Source: Octopus sinensis
Lineage: Eukaryota
Direction: 5' to 3'
Length of the DNA stretch: 64,000 nucleotides
Assembly: GCF_006345805.1 (NCBI RefSeq)
Contig: NC_043003.1
Coordinates: 75,950,001 to 76,014,000, forward strand
The notes below the pieces were generated by a model, which was not told the DNA's origin, did no database searches, and saw only the letters and a program-made list of their open reading frames with translations. The position numbers and the translations under genes were made by a program. Positions 14,156 to 25,139 of this stretch are shown one piece after another; within the stretch, counting starts at the first letter, position 1, and each line of letters opens with the position of its first letter.

Positions 14156-14229
14156 AAGGTCACTGTTTGGAATCAAACTCGAAATCTTGAGGTTAGTAGC
14201 CTGCGCTTTTAACCACTAAGCCATATGCC
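14156..14229 (-). promoter_or_regulatory. tRNA-like Pol III internal promoter cassette (A and B boxes) inside the PLE 3' end
   Basis: Reverse complement GGCATATGGCTTAGTGGTTAAAAGCGCAGGCTACTAACCTCAAGATTTCGAGTTTGATTCC: A box TGGCTTAGTGG, B box GAGTTTGATTCC with one mismatch. Confidence 0.7.
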
Positions 14230-15058
14230 AGTGAGCAAATATGGAATGAATTTTAGGGCTTATAAGGCTAAAATTGTTCTATCCTTCCTTAATACCGGTT
14301 CCCATATTCCACTCATTTCTGCAATTGGTCTGCTTAGGAGGTTGTTGATTCCTAGCATATGTGCTGCTTCTTTTAGCTTTCATATTTCCAAGTGGTGTTC
14401 TCTATTATTTTAACTTCATCCCACAGGGGGAGGTGATCTCCATTTTTCCATACATAATCGGCTATGCCCGATTCATCAATACCTCATCTAGTCACAGCTT
14501 TGCGATGTTCCTCTACCCTTATTTTGAGGGACAGCATGCTTCGCCTTCGTACAACCTACCACAGCTGCATGGGATGGTGTATACGCAGTCGTTGGTCATA
14601 TTCTCTTCTATTGGTGGTTTTACGCGGATATATTTGCGAAATGTTGTATTACTCTCGAATAGTCTCCTGATGTCATATGGGCCCCATATCTTTTGTATCT
14701 TTTCGGAGAGGTCTTTCACATAGGGTAGACAGACTGTGGACAGTTTATTAGTTTTTATCCTCTCTTTTCTTCATAATTGGAGTGGGTAGCATGTTTTTAG
14801 GGTAGTTGTTGCCTAATATATTGTTACTGAACTTGATCATTTCTTCATGGTGTGTATCATGATCGCTACGTATATTCTTTGCTCGCTGCTTTAGGCACTG
14901 AGCAATCTCTCTCTTTAGAGTTTATGGATGGTGGGAATTGAAGTTGAGGTATCGTCCAGTGAAGGTCGGTTTGCGGTATACGACTGTCCTGAATCCATAT
15001 ATGGTGCGTGTTATTAATACGCCCATGAATGAGAACTCAGATTCGAAATTTCCCCAAG

Positions 15059-15103
15059 ACACCTGATGAAGGCTTCATGGGTATATCAGCTGAAACGTTG
15101 TGT
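15059..15103 (+). ncRNA. Minimal type I hammerhead ribozyme of the PLE pLTR
   Basis: ACAC-CTGATGA-a-GGCT...AGCT-GAAA-CGTT-GTGT: intact core, stem I ACAC/GTGT, 4-bp stem II with a G-U pair, palindromic ACGT stem III, GUU cleavage triplet. Confidence 0.75.
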
Positions 15104-15658
15104 AAACAACAAACTACATGAGGACAAATATCCGTCAAATGTACATAATGTACATAATTCCTCATCTCTTAGACATAGAACTGTGTTTTTCATTCATTAC
15201 ATGCTAGGCCACTAGTAATGGAAATTTCAAATATTTCTGGTTACCTTTTGACATTAATTATTGATAATTTTCTGGGAAATTTTCGGATTGAAAAAGTCGG
15301 CATTTTATTTACTGCCGACAAAGAGCTGCGCTGGCTTGGTAGATATGAAAATTTACAATGTATAAGCACGGGGCATATACTGGATTGCCTCGTGTATATA
15401 TATATATTCAACCTAAGGTGCACCAACTGAAGAAGGCTTCACCGAGCAAATTATTTTATTCGCTAAAAAAGTCTAAAAACTGTTGGTCCAAGAGTTAGAT
15501 GGTAAATGTTTTTAGTTTTCATTTCTTTCGAAATTTTATCCCTAATAGTGGTTTGGAATTTAACTGCCTTCTCTAGCATGCAAGGAATCCGTTGTATTTA
15601 TATGAAAAATTATATATTCTATTTATTAATTCTATATTATTATATATATATATATATA

Positions 15659-16883
15659 ATGGGTTGGCAACTAAGTTCCCACCGCTTTTTAAAGTTTGGA
15701 ATTTAATGCGTTTTAAAATTTTGGAATCTACCTTTTTCGAAAATTCTATTTTTGAATCATTTTGGATTCTATTTTGTCTTTGTTATTTTTTTCTATTCAA
15801 TTTTAGTTAATTTTTGGTTATTTTCAAATCATTAAAATAGAATATCAAGTTAAGAAAAACGAGCATTTTTGACACCTCCTTCTTTTTGCTTTAATCAAGG
15901 TTCTAAGGTCGCAAAAGCTGCTCGCGACATTTGTGCTGTATATGGAAAGGGTGCCATAGCTGAAAGAACCACTTGGGATTGGTATGCCAAGTTCAAAAAT
16001 AGAAATTTTGACCTCAAAGACGCACTTCATTCTAGCCGTCCAGTTGAGTTCCATGAAGAGCGATTAAACCAATTTTGCATGAAAATTCTCCTGAAACGAC
16101 AAGGGACCTGGCAGATAAAATAGAATGCTCCTACACTGCTATAGGGAAGCATCTTCACTCGACGGGAAAGGTTCACAAGTATGGAGCAATTGGTTCAGCA
16201 TGCTTTAAGTAATAACAACGAGAGTCAACGAACCACAATCTCCGCTGGTTTGCTTGCTCGTCACTGCTCAACTCATGGACACAAGCAACAATTTCTTTAC
16301 CGAATCGTTACTGGCGACGAAAAATGGTGCCTGTACATCAGTATGAAGCAGCATAAGGAATGGCTTAGCCTCGGTAAACAAGCGACACCGCGCGAGAAAC
16401 AGGATCTTCATCCGTGTAAAACGATGTTGTGCGTATGGTGAGACTGAGAAGGGATCATTTATTACGTAATGGAACGACTCAGCACAGCTGTTCAAGAGAA
16501 AAGACCTAATCGACAGCATGGAGTTCTTCTGCTGCACTACAACACCCGCCCTCATATCGCCAATATGTCCAAGGTAGCTATTCAAACGCATCTCAGGGAA
16601 GTGCTGTCACACCCACCGTACTCTCCTGATTTGGTACCAACGGATTTCCACCTCTTTCGATCTTTTTCAAATGCTATGTGCGGAGTTTCGTTCAATACTG
16701 ATGCAGAATTGAGAGCTTCGTTGGATCAATATTTCGAGTCCAAATCGGGTGATTTCTAGGTATTGAAAATTGTGTTGAAGTGTGGGAAGAACAACAACGG
16801 TGAATACATTATTGATTTATTACTTATTTTTTATTAAACCTTTAAAAAGATTTAAATTTAAAAAACTAAGTTGCCAACCGAAT
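15659..16883 (+). mobile_element. Mariner (DD34D) transposon, full length, transposase broken into three ORFs
   Basis: TIRs ATGGGTTGGCAACTAAGT / ACTAAGTTGCCAACCGAAT flanked by TA; IVTGDEKW, HYNTRPH (HDNARPH-like) and HPPYSPDLVPTDFHLFRS motifs. Confidence 0.95.
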
Positions 16884-17035
16884 TAGTTCTCTTTTTGCAT
16901 CTGACCGCGGTCACTGCTGCATCGATATTCTTCCCAGTGCTCGTGAAAACTTTGTGTCTCTGCCGTAGGGCTTCATTTCCACAACGCCAGCTGAATTCAC
17001 TTCGTCCCCAGTCGAAAGAGGTCAGTTGTTATGTC

Positions 17036-17036
17036 C

Positions 17037-17085
<49 letters not shown>
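17036..17085. repeat. (TTA)n microsatellite
   Basis: Direct reading. Confidence 0.95.
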
Positions 17086-17099
17086 GTATATTGTATATT

Positions 17100-17380
17100 T
17101 ATATTCGTGTAACATCGTCTGTTTTTCTGTCCTTGTTTTCGTATATATTCGATGCTTTTTTTCAAGGAATCTAATACTTTTAGCTTAGTTTTTCCATGGG
17201 CCTGGCCATATTGGAGCAATCTCAAGATTAATCAGCCTAAACCGCGTGGATGATCCGGTTCATGACTGAGGATAAAAGGCTTCGAATGACCCGTCCTTGT
17301 TATTTGTGTCGTCTATATGGATGAATTTGTTTTCTCTTTTTGTATCACCTAGTTGTCCGAGGTTTTGCGTTTTTTCCATT
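17100..17380. mobile_element. Interspersed repeat, probable PLE-derived terminus; opposite-orientation relative at 51025-51300
   Basis: ttagcttagtttttccatgggcctggccatattggagcaatctcaagattaatcagcc is close to the reverse complement of 51135-51195. Confidence 0.7.
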
Positions 17381-17390
17381 TTGTATTATA

Positions 17391-17437
<47 letters not shown>

Positions 17438-17774
17438 TATATATAATATTATATATACACTACATATAATATATATATATATATATATGTATATATATGT
17501 ATCTATATATACATATATATATACACACATACAGATGTATTTTTGTTATTTTTATTCTTGTTTTTTTTTAAATAACAAGGTAATTTTTTTATTTTTCAAT
17601 CCCTTCGAAATTGCTGTTAAATGTGGCTTTGGTCGTTTTCATTCACTTCCTTCTAGCGTGGAAAATTTATCTGTTAAATGTTGTTTTGATTGTGTTTAAA
17701 TGTACACTATTTTACATGCATACATATATATATACATACATACATAATATAATATAATATATATATTATAATTA

Positions 17775-17805
<31 letters not shown>

Positions 17806-18939
17806 TATAATACAACTACATATACACACGTCGTTTTTTATTTGTTTTGCATGATTAATTTTTTTACTTCGGCGTTGAAACAAATCGTGTGGCTAAGAAG
17901 GGTCAGTTAGCCAGTAAAATTAAAATATATAAACGCACTAGTTCAATACCGCTTCTTCACTTTTTCCTCAAACGTTTAAGTAACTAACCAACAAAGTAAT
18001 CGATTGTTTGTTTACTTCATTAAATTGCTGATTAAACAACCATTCGTTTGTTTGTCAAATTCATTTTGTCGCTATTTGCGACCTTTTCATTGACATAAAC
18101 TATTTATTCAATGCCTGCATTAGGTCCGTCTGAGAATCAGTTTTATACCAAAGCTTATGTGTGTACGTATGCGTGTATATAAATGCAGGATTGTTTAGCT
18201 ATGTGCATGTATTACTAATATTCTGTGTGCGGTGAAGCCGTATAGAAATGCATATTTATCCATACACACAAATATATATACCTATATGCATATATGCGTG
18301 CTTACATACATATATACATACATAAACACATGGACACACATATACATATATACATAAATATTTATATGTATACACACCCACATATATATTGGTGATAATG
18401 TAATATTGCATTTGAATAATGCCTAATTTGAAAAAGAGAAAGAGAGATACTTACAGAGAACGAGAATGATACTGAAAACATGAAAAAATTAGATTGTGCT
18501 TGGCAATCGAATGATACGCATTATATTATCGTAAATGCGTCCATCTGCTCTTCCTTCGTATATCCTTAAATCTATAGCTATCCGTAATATCCTAACTAGA
18601 GGCATTGTTATGACATCTAATTTGCAATAATAATCTTGCAATATGCAAAGCAGCTGAAGCTCTCCAGCTAAATCAGGCTCTTCTCCCAATTTCCTTTACT
18701 GTTTACTCTGTGTTTCTCTCTCCACACATTCTCTCTAAAATGTGTATGCAAGCTCTAGCATACATATATTATTCAGCACATTAGCTAAAAGAAAATCTTA
18801 TAGAAATATAAACTTGCAAACAGGAATATACAAACAGGTGCACACATCCTACTCTGCCTCCCTCCCTCCCCCTCTCTCTCTCTTTCTCTTATATAACATC
18901 ATACATGTACATGTATATATGTAAATATTTAAATAAATA

Positions 18940-19131
18940 TATATAGATATATATATATATATATATATATAGGTATATAGATCTATATATAGGTATATAT
19001 ATATAGGTATATGTATATATGTATATACATATATTTAAGTATATATATAGGTGTATGTAGATCTAAATATAGGTATATATATATATATATATAGATATAT
19101 ATATATATATATATAAAAACTTACTTGGAGA

Positions 19132-19168
<37 letters not shown>

Positions 19169-19697
19169 TATATATATTTATATACATATATACATACAAA
19201 TAGATTCTTATTACAAATATCTTTATAGGCATATATATATGTGCAAATGTATTTTATGTAAGTAAGCCTGAGAGAAAGCAACCATTATGTTCAAACCTAT
19301 TCGAAAATAAGTGTAGCTGCAAAGACATTTCTAAAGTAGAAATCTAAATAATGAAGATAAATAACATTTAAAACCAAAATGTGTAGATTGTTGAAGACAT
19401 TTCAATGGTGTTCAGTACATTATATCATGGTTTCACGTTCAATTAAACGGCAAGCGTTCTAATTAGACCTTACACTTGCAATTCATCGTCAGTGAATTTT
19501 GTGGCTAGAAACTCTTCGAAAACTTACAGCAAGCACACACACACACATATACATAATGTGCGTAGTTGTATATATATACATACACATTTATATATGTATG
19601 TATATGTGTATGTATATATATTATATATATATATATAAATAAATATATATGTATATATATTATATATATATAATATATATAATAAATACTATATATG

Positions 19698-19738
<41 letters not shown>

Positions 19739-19865
19739 CTATAATGGTATATATATATATATATATAAATAACTATATATGTTATTATATATATATATAT
19801 ATATATGTATGTATATATATATATGTATATATATATATATTATGTGTATGTATATATATTATATA

Positions 19866-19930
<65 letters not shown>

Positions 19931-20012
19931 ACTATATATGTATGTATATATATATATATATATATATAATAAATAACTATATATGTATATATATATATAT
20001 ATAATAAAACTA

Positions 20013-20057
<45 letters not shown>

Positions 20058-20100
20058 CTAATATATGTATATATATAATATATATATATATAAATAACTA

Positions 20101-20145
<45 letters not shown>

Positions 20146-20325
20146 ACTATATATGTTATATATATATATATGTAATAACTATATATGTTATATATATATT
20201 ATATATATATATATATAAATAACTATATATGTAATTATATATATATAAATAACTATATTGTATATATATATATATAAATAACTATATATGTATATATATA
20301 TATATTATATATATATATATATATA
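18940..20325. repeat. Long (TA)n-rich low-complexity tracts (18940-19200 and 19540-20325; the latter with recurring aataactata)
   Basis: Direct reading. Confidence 0.9.
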
Positions 20326-20334
20326 AATCCTTAA

Positions 20335-20960
20335 TCCTTAAAAATGTTTTAGGCCGAAGGCCGCGGCCATGCTGGGGCACCACCGCTGCATGAGCTACAC
20401 TAGTTTGTGAATCCACCCTCGATACGTGGCACTTGATCAACAAGGGAGTTCGATGCTGCTGCCCGCATCCGTGTCTCCTGTCGTGAGGTAGGTTCATCTG
20501 GGACTCCCAGCAAGAAGAGATCCAGTTTAGTTTTAAAGAAACCCACATCCACACCATGTAAGTCTCTCAGGCATTTAGGGAGGATGTTTAGAGCTGTGGT
20601 CCTCTGAAACCCAAGCTGTTGCAGTATCTGGACCTTATTTTGATGGTGATGTTGGAATCCTTGGCACCACGCAGCGGCGCCCCGTTCTGCGGTTGGAGTA
20701 ACTTTGATGCCAAAGTTTGGAACAAGGCCCTCCAGGATTTTCCAGATGTAATCACTGCATATCTCTCCCGCCTCCGCTCCAGGGAGAAGAGGTTTAATAC
20801 CTTCAGTCTTTCCCAGTAGCTGACATTTTGCATTGAGACGATTTCTTTGTTGTGTAGCTCTCTGAGTTGCTTCGAGTTCTGCTGTTTGTTTTATATTGTG
20901 TGGTGACCAAAGTTGGAGCAGTAGTCCCAGCGGCTGAGGACAAATGTTTTCCATAGGACC
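20335..20960 (-). mobile_element. CR1/L2-group LINE 3' fragment with intact-looking tail
   Basis: YWERLKVLNLFSLERRRERY and GPQL/LNILPKCLRDLHGVDVGFFKTKLDLFLLGVPDEP; 3' stem-loop followed by short aaggatt repeats. Confidence 0.85.
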
Positions 20961-20985
20961 ATCAGTGTCCTATATATATATATAT

Positions 20986-21127
20986 AAATGAAAGAATGGA
21001 GTTGAACGACGATTTAACAAAATTCTGTATTCTCGACATATCTTTCGAAGGCTGCAGGCAGCCTTCGAAACATATGTCGAGAATACAGTATTTTGTTAAA
21101 TCGTCGTTCAACTCCATTCTTTCATTT
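20986..21127. repeat. Near-perfect palindrome: 70-bp arms, 2-nt loop
   Basis: Arms 20986-21055 and 21058-21127 differ by 2 substitutions and 1 indel. Confidence 0.97.
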
Positions 21128-21298
21128 ATTTGTATTAAAAAAAATGTGTGTATTAAAAAAACACACAATTTCCACACGAAAGCACGTGATCTCTGCCCTT
21201 GGCATGTAGCTTCATCCGTGTTTTCTGACGTGAATTTCTACCCAGGTATCGGTTAACCGAATTATCTATACTAAGATAATCATTCAACTACTTAAATA

Positions 21299-21339
<41 letters not shown>

Positions 21340-21419
21340 GTGTGTGTGTGTGTGTGTTAAATATGTATACACCAAGTGATTTTTGCATGCGAGAACATTT
21401 ACGTCCACCATACAAAGTA

Positions 21420-21640
21420 TTGGCTTCAAATTTTGGCAGAAGACCAACAATGTTGAGGTTTCGGTGTACGTCTATTTCATCAACCTCAACGTACAGGTAG
21501 TAATTATTTTATTGATCCTGAAAGGATGAAAGGTAAAGTCGACCTCGGCAGAATTTGGACTTAGAACGAGATAACGGACGAAATGTTGCTAAGCATTTTT
21601 GCCGGCGTGCTGAAGATTTTGTCAGCTCACCGCCTTCATC
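21420..21640 (-). mobile_element. SINE family A, degenerate
   Basis: gaaaggatgaaaggtaaagtcgacctcggcagaatttg...gctcaccgcc. Confidence 0.8.
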
Positions 21641-21884
21641 TTATCAAATATGAGAAATTCAGAGTCAAGTATTAGAAAATAAGAAGGAAAAATTAAAATT
21701 CGAGATGCGAACAACCTGTTTGTCAATATGTCTTAGATTCTCTTCAAATAAATTACGTTTATATACGAGATTGGGATGGCTTTTAAAGGGTCAAGTGTTA
21801 AAAATTCTATTGAATTCAATAGATGTTTTCTGTCAAAAAGTCTATTACATTGAAAGGCACATTACTTTTCTTTTCAGATAATGT

Positions 21885-21890
21885 TCAGCT

Positions 21891-21965
<75 letters not shown>
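21885..21965. repeat. (TG)n microsatellite
   Basis: Direct reading. Confidence 0.97.
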
Positions 21966-21967
<2 letters not shown>

Positions 21968-22113
21968 TGTTTGCGTGTGTGCGTGCGTGCACGTGTCCGT
22001 GTTGCGATAAAATGCCCGAAACAGTAAATGAAATGGATTTCAGGATGGGCTAAATTTCAATTTATAAGGTTTTGAGGAGAGATTTTTTATTTCATATTTT
22101 GTGTGATGTGTGT

Positions 22114-22159
<46 letters not shown>

Positions 22160-22189
22160 TATGTATGTATACATGTATATATATATAGT

Positions 22190-22385
22190 TAATCCAAACA
22201 AGAAAGCACAAAAAAACACAACGCGAGGACGTGGAACAAATATAGTATTATTGGACGCTCAGGAAAGAAGGAGGGTCCAACGTTTCGAGCGGAGCTCTTC
22301 GTCGGAAACATAGGAGAAGGAAAGATCCAGAGAAGGGAAGGCAGAAGAAAAAAATCGCCAACGGTACACACGAGGTCACATTTAA
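22190..22385 (-). mobile_element. Solo PLE-type pLTR with degenerate hammerhead (22270-22310)
   Basis: Minus strand: gtttc-CGACGA-agagctccgctc-GAAACGTT-ggac, flanked by (TA)n. Confidence 0.6.
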
Positions 22386-22476
22386 AAAAAAAAAGGAAAA
22401 AAGAAATATATATATGTATATATATATGTATATATATATATGGTTATATATAAGTATATTTATATGTGTGTATATA

Positions 22477-22508
<32 letters not shown>

Positions 22509-22524
22509 ATATATATATATGAGT

Positions 22525-22589
<65 letters not shown>

Positions 22590-23329
22590 TATATATATAC
22601 ATATGTATATGTTCTATACATGTTTCAGCTATCTGACTGAGGTTATACTGGGCATCGCTAATGTTAATGTTAATGGTAACCTCAGGGGCTTCTAATGTCC
22701 TCCCTCTCTCACCGGATTTCGCTACTATTTTAAAACGAGTTAAGAAAGCAAAAAATGTCGATCGTTTATATTGTTTATAAATGTTTTAATTGACTATGTG
22801 TTTTTACCCCAAGTAGCGATATTTTGACAAGCCCCGAATTTAGATCGAAATAAATTTATGTGCATCTACTTGCAGCGTCTATGACAACCAAAAGATAGAA
22901 TGAAATGAGAATGAAATATATAGATTTATCTACTGGCATAATTAAGACAGAAGTATCTAAAAAGAAATAATAAAACCCTCACTTAGCGATTCTCCCCTCT
23001 CAAGGGATTTTTCTCCTCCTCTTCAATGTCTTACCAAACTATTTCTCTCTGCCTGTGAAGCTGAAAACAACCTGAGCTGGTGGCAGCAGCAACGGCGATC
23101 ACCAGTCAAATTTCACACGTGTATCTATATGCGTGTGTGTATGTGTGTGTGTGTCTACTAGGGTAATGACTACTTGAGTTTTGGTTAGTAAACAATTTCC
23201 TTTATCAAATATCGATGAACAATTTCATAAAAGTAGAGAAAATAAACTTTATTTAAGTGTTGTTTAAAAAAACGCCACTCCCGACTGAGCAAATCTAACA
23301 CCGCTTTTGACCCAAATCATGCAAAATTC

Positions 23330-25135
23330 GGGGGATAGGGGGGGCTCATAACGCCAACTCAATTTTTTGCCAAATTTTGTCTGCTGACTTAATGCAATAT
23401 ATAAGCTGTTTATCTCAAATTTAAGTAGTTTCGGAGTTATAGAGTTTGTGATTTCTTATCAGTTAGGACCTACTTTAAGAAAAGATCTTTTTCGTCTCCT
23501 TTTTATCATTGTGATGCTAAGGACTCTGACAATATTACCTGTTTTTCAGAATAGTAGGTTTATTCAACTATGGTATCTTAAATAATGTCTCATAAGAGAA
23601 GTGCTAGTGTCATTCAAAGAAACAAAACAATCTGGACGAAGAATCTCGTGCAATTTCAAGACTCACATAGGAAAAGAAGACCTGCTTCTCTAGAAGAGCA
23701 TTCTTTGAAAAACAACTTCAGGATACCAATGAAACTTCAAATTGTCGGTCGTACCTGTCCCTTGCTGGTACCATTAAATGAAGGAAAGAAAGAACAAAGG
23801 AAAGTTCGAAAGAAGTAACTTTTTTAAGGCGAAAGAAATCAAATTCCCCATATTTATTAATTCCAAATTTACAAACATAAATAGAAAAAGTGCTGAATAC
23901 CTACGATAAATGTGTAAAACGAGGAAAATATGATTCACTGAATGGAAATTTTTACATCACTCAGGAAAACGGTGAATGGCTGTGCAGTGATGATAGAAGG
24001 GTATATTATCTTCAGATTCAAAGCAAGGAGTAGGTTGGGTATGCAACTGGAAAGGCAGCCATTTCCAAAGCTATCCATCCATTCAAAAGAATAAAAGTGC
24101 TCTTAATGGCAACTTCAACCAGAGCAACTCCAGTGTCATCGTCAAACGTTTGAAGCAGAGACTGAAAGTCAATATCAAGAGTCCGATAAATCAGATGAAG
24201 AATCCACACAAGCAAGGAGGAAATATAGGAAATCTGGAATTGCAACCAAGTTAGTAATACTTTCCAATCTATCAACCCAAAAAGCAACAGCAGTTTGTTG
24301 ACAATTATCTCAAGATGGAGTCAATGTCGAGGCTCTTTCCCAACCTGGTATTTACTGATCGACTATCAAAGAAGCTGTTAAACTAAAAGAGAAACTGAAG
24401 AAAACACTTCATTTAGAATACTAGTCATTGCATTTTGATGGTAAATGTATTGATGACCAAGAATACCAATTGATTGTTTTAAAGAATGAACAGTGAGAAG
24501 TTAAATTAGAAGAACTCCAGTTACCAAAGGAAAAATCCAATACTGTTGTGGAAAAAATGAATACAATTTATGGAACTGTGTAAATATGATTGTTGCTGAA
24601 ACAACTGGGAAAAGAAATGGCATTGTCATTTAGCTGCAGAGACTGTTTGCTCAAAAGCCTTTAAAAGAACCGTAATTTATTGGTTGTCAGCATCATATCT
24701 TTCATAGAGTTCTTCGTGTTGCAATGGATAACGAATTTGGTGAAAAACGTCACCTCCCATTTTTTAATATACATTCATCTCAGAGCTTCTAAGTAGTTAA
24801 GAGAAACTCTAGCCTAATATCAACAATGGTGAAGAAAATCTTACTGGAACAGCAGGATGGCGAGACATGAAATTTCCATTTCATTTTACTAGTTTTTCGT
24901 TTCTTTGAAGAAACCGGCAAATTTTCTAATGCAAAGTTTCAAAAAATACCCAACTTAATTAATGCAAGATGGAATTCTCCAGCAATACTAGCTCTTTTTG
25001 GCATTTATTCTTCTACCGGAGAAAAGGATTTTGCTTCTCAATGTTTGTCGATTCGATTAATTTTATCAGACACTATTGTGCAAATTCTTTTCGATCTGAT
25101 TTACGCAGAAATCAGATCTTTATTAATGAATCTTT
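23330..25135 (+). mobile_element. hAT-superfamily-like transposase relic
   Basis: Manual translation: SLHFDGKCIDDQEYQLIVLKNE (first catalytic D), FIGCQHHIFHRVLRVAMD (CxxH) and NARWNS (RW motif); many stops; termini not identified. Confidence 0.65.
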
Positions 25136-25139
25136 AACA

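Larger units (their letters stand above)
13985..15185 (-). mobile_element. 5'-truncated Penelope-like element: RT C-terminus plus GIY-YIG, 3' pLTR at 13989-14111 and inverted pLTR at 15027-15183
   Basis: Minus-strand translation: VVYRKPTFTGRYLNFNSHHP; CVYTIPCSCGRLYEGE (GIY-YIG); KLKEAAHML...AEMSGIWEPVLRK. The ~123-bp terminal segment occurs in opposite orientations at the two ends, as is typical of truncated PLEs. Confidence 0.92.
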
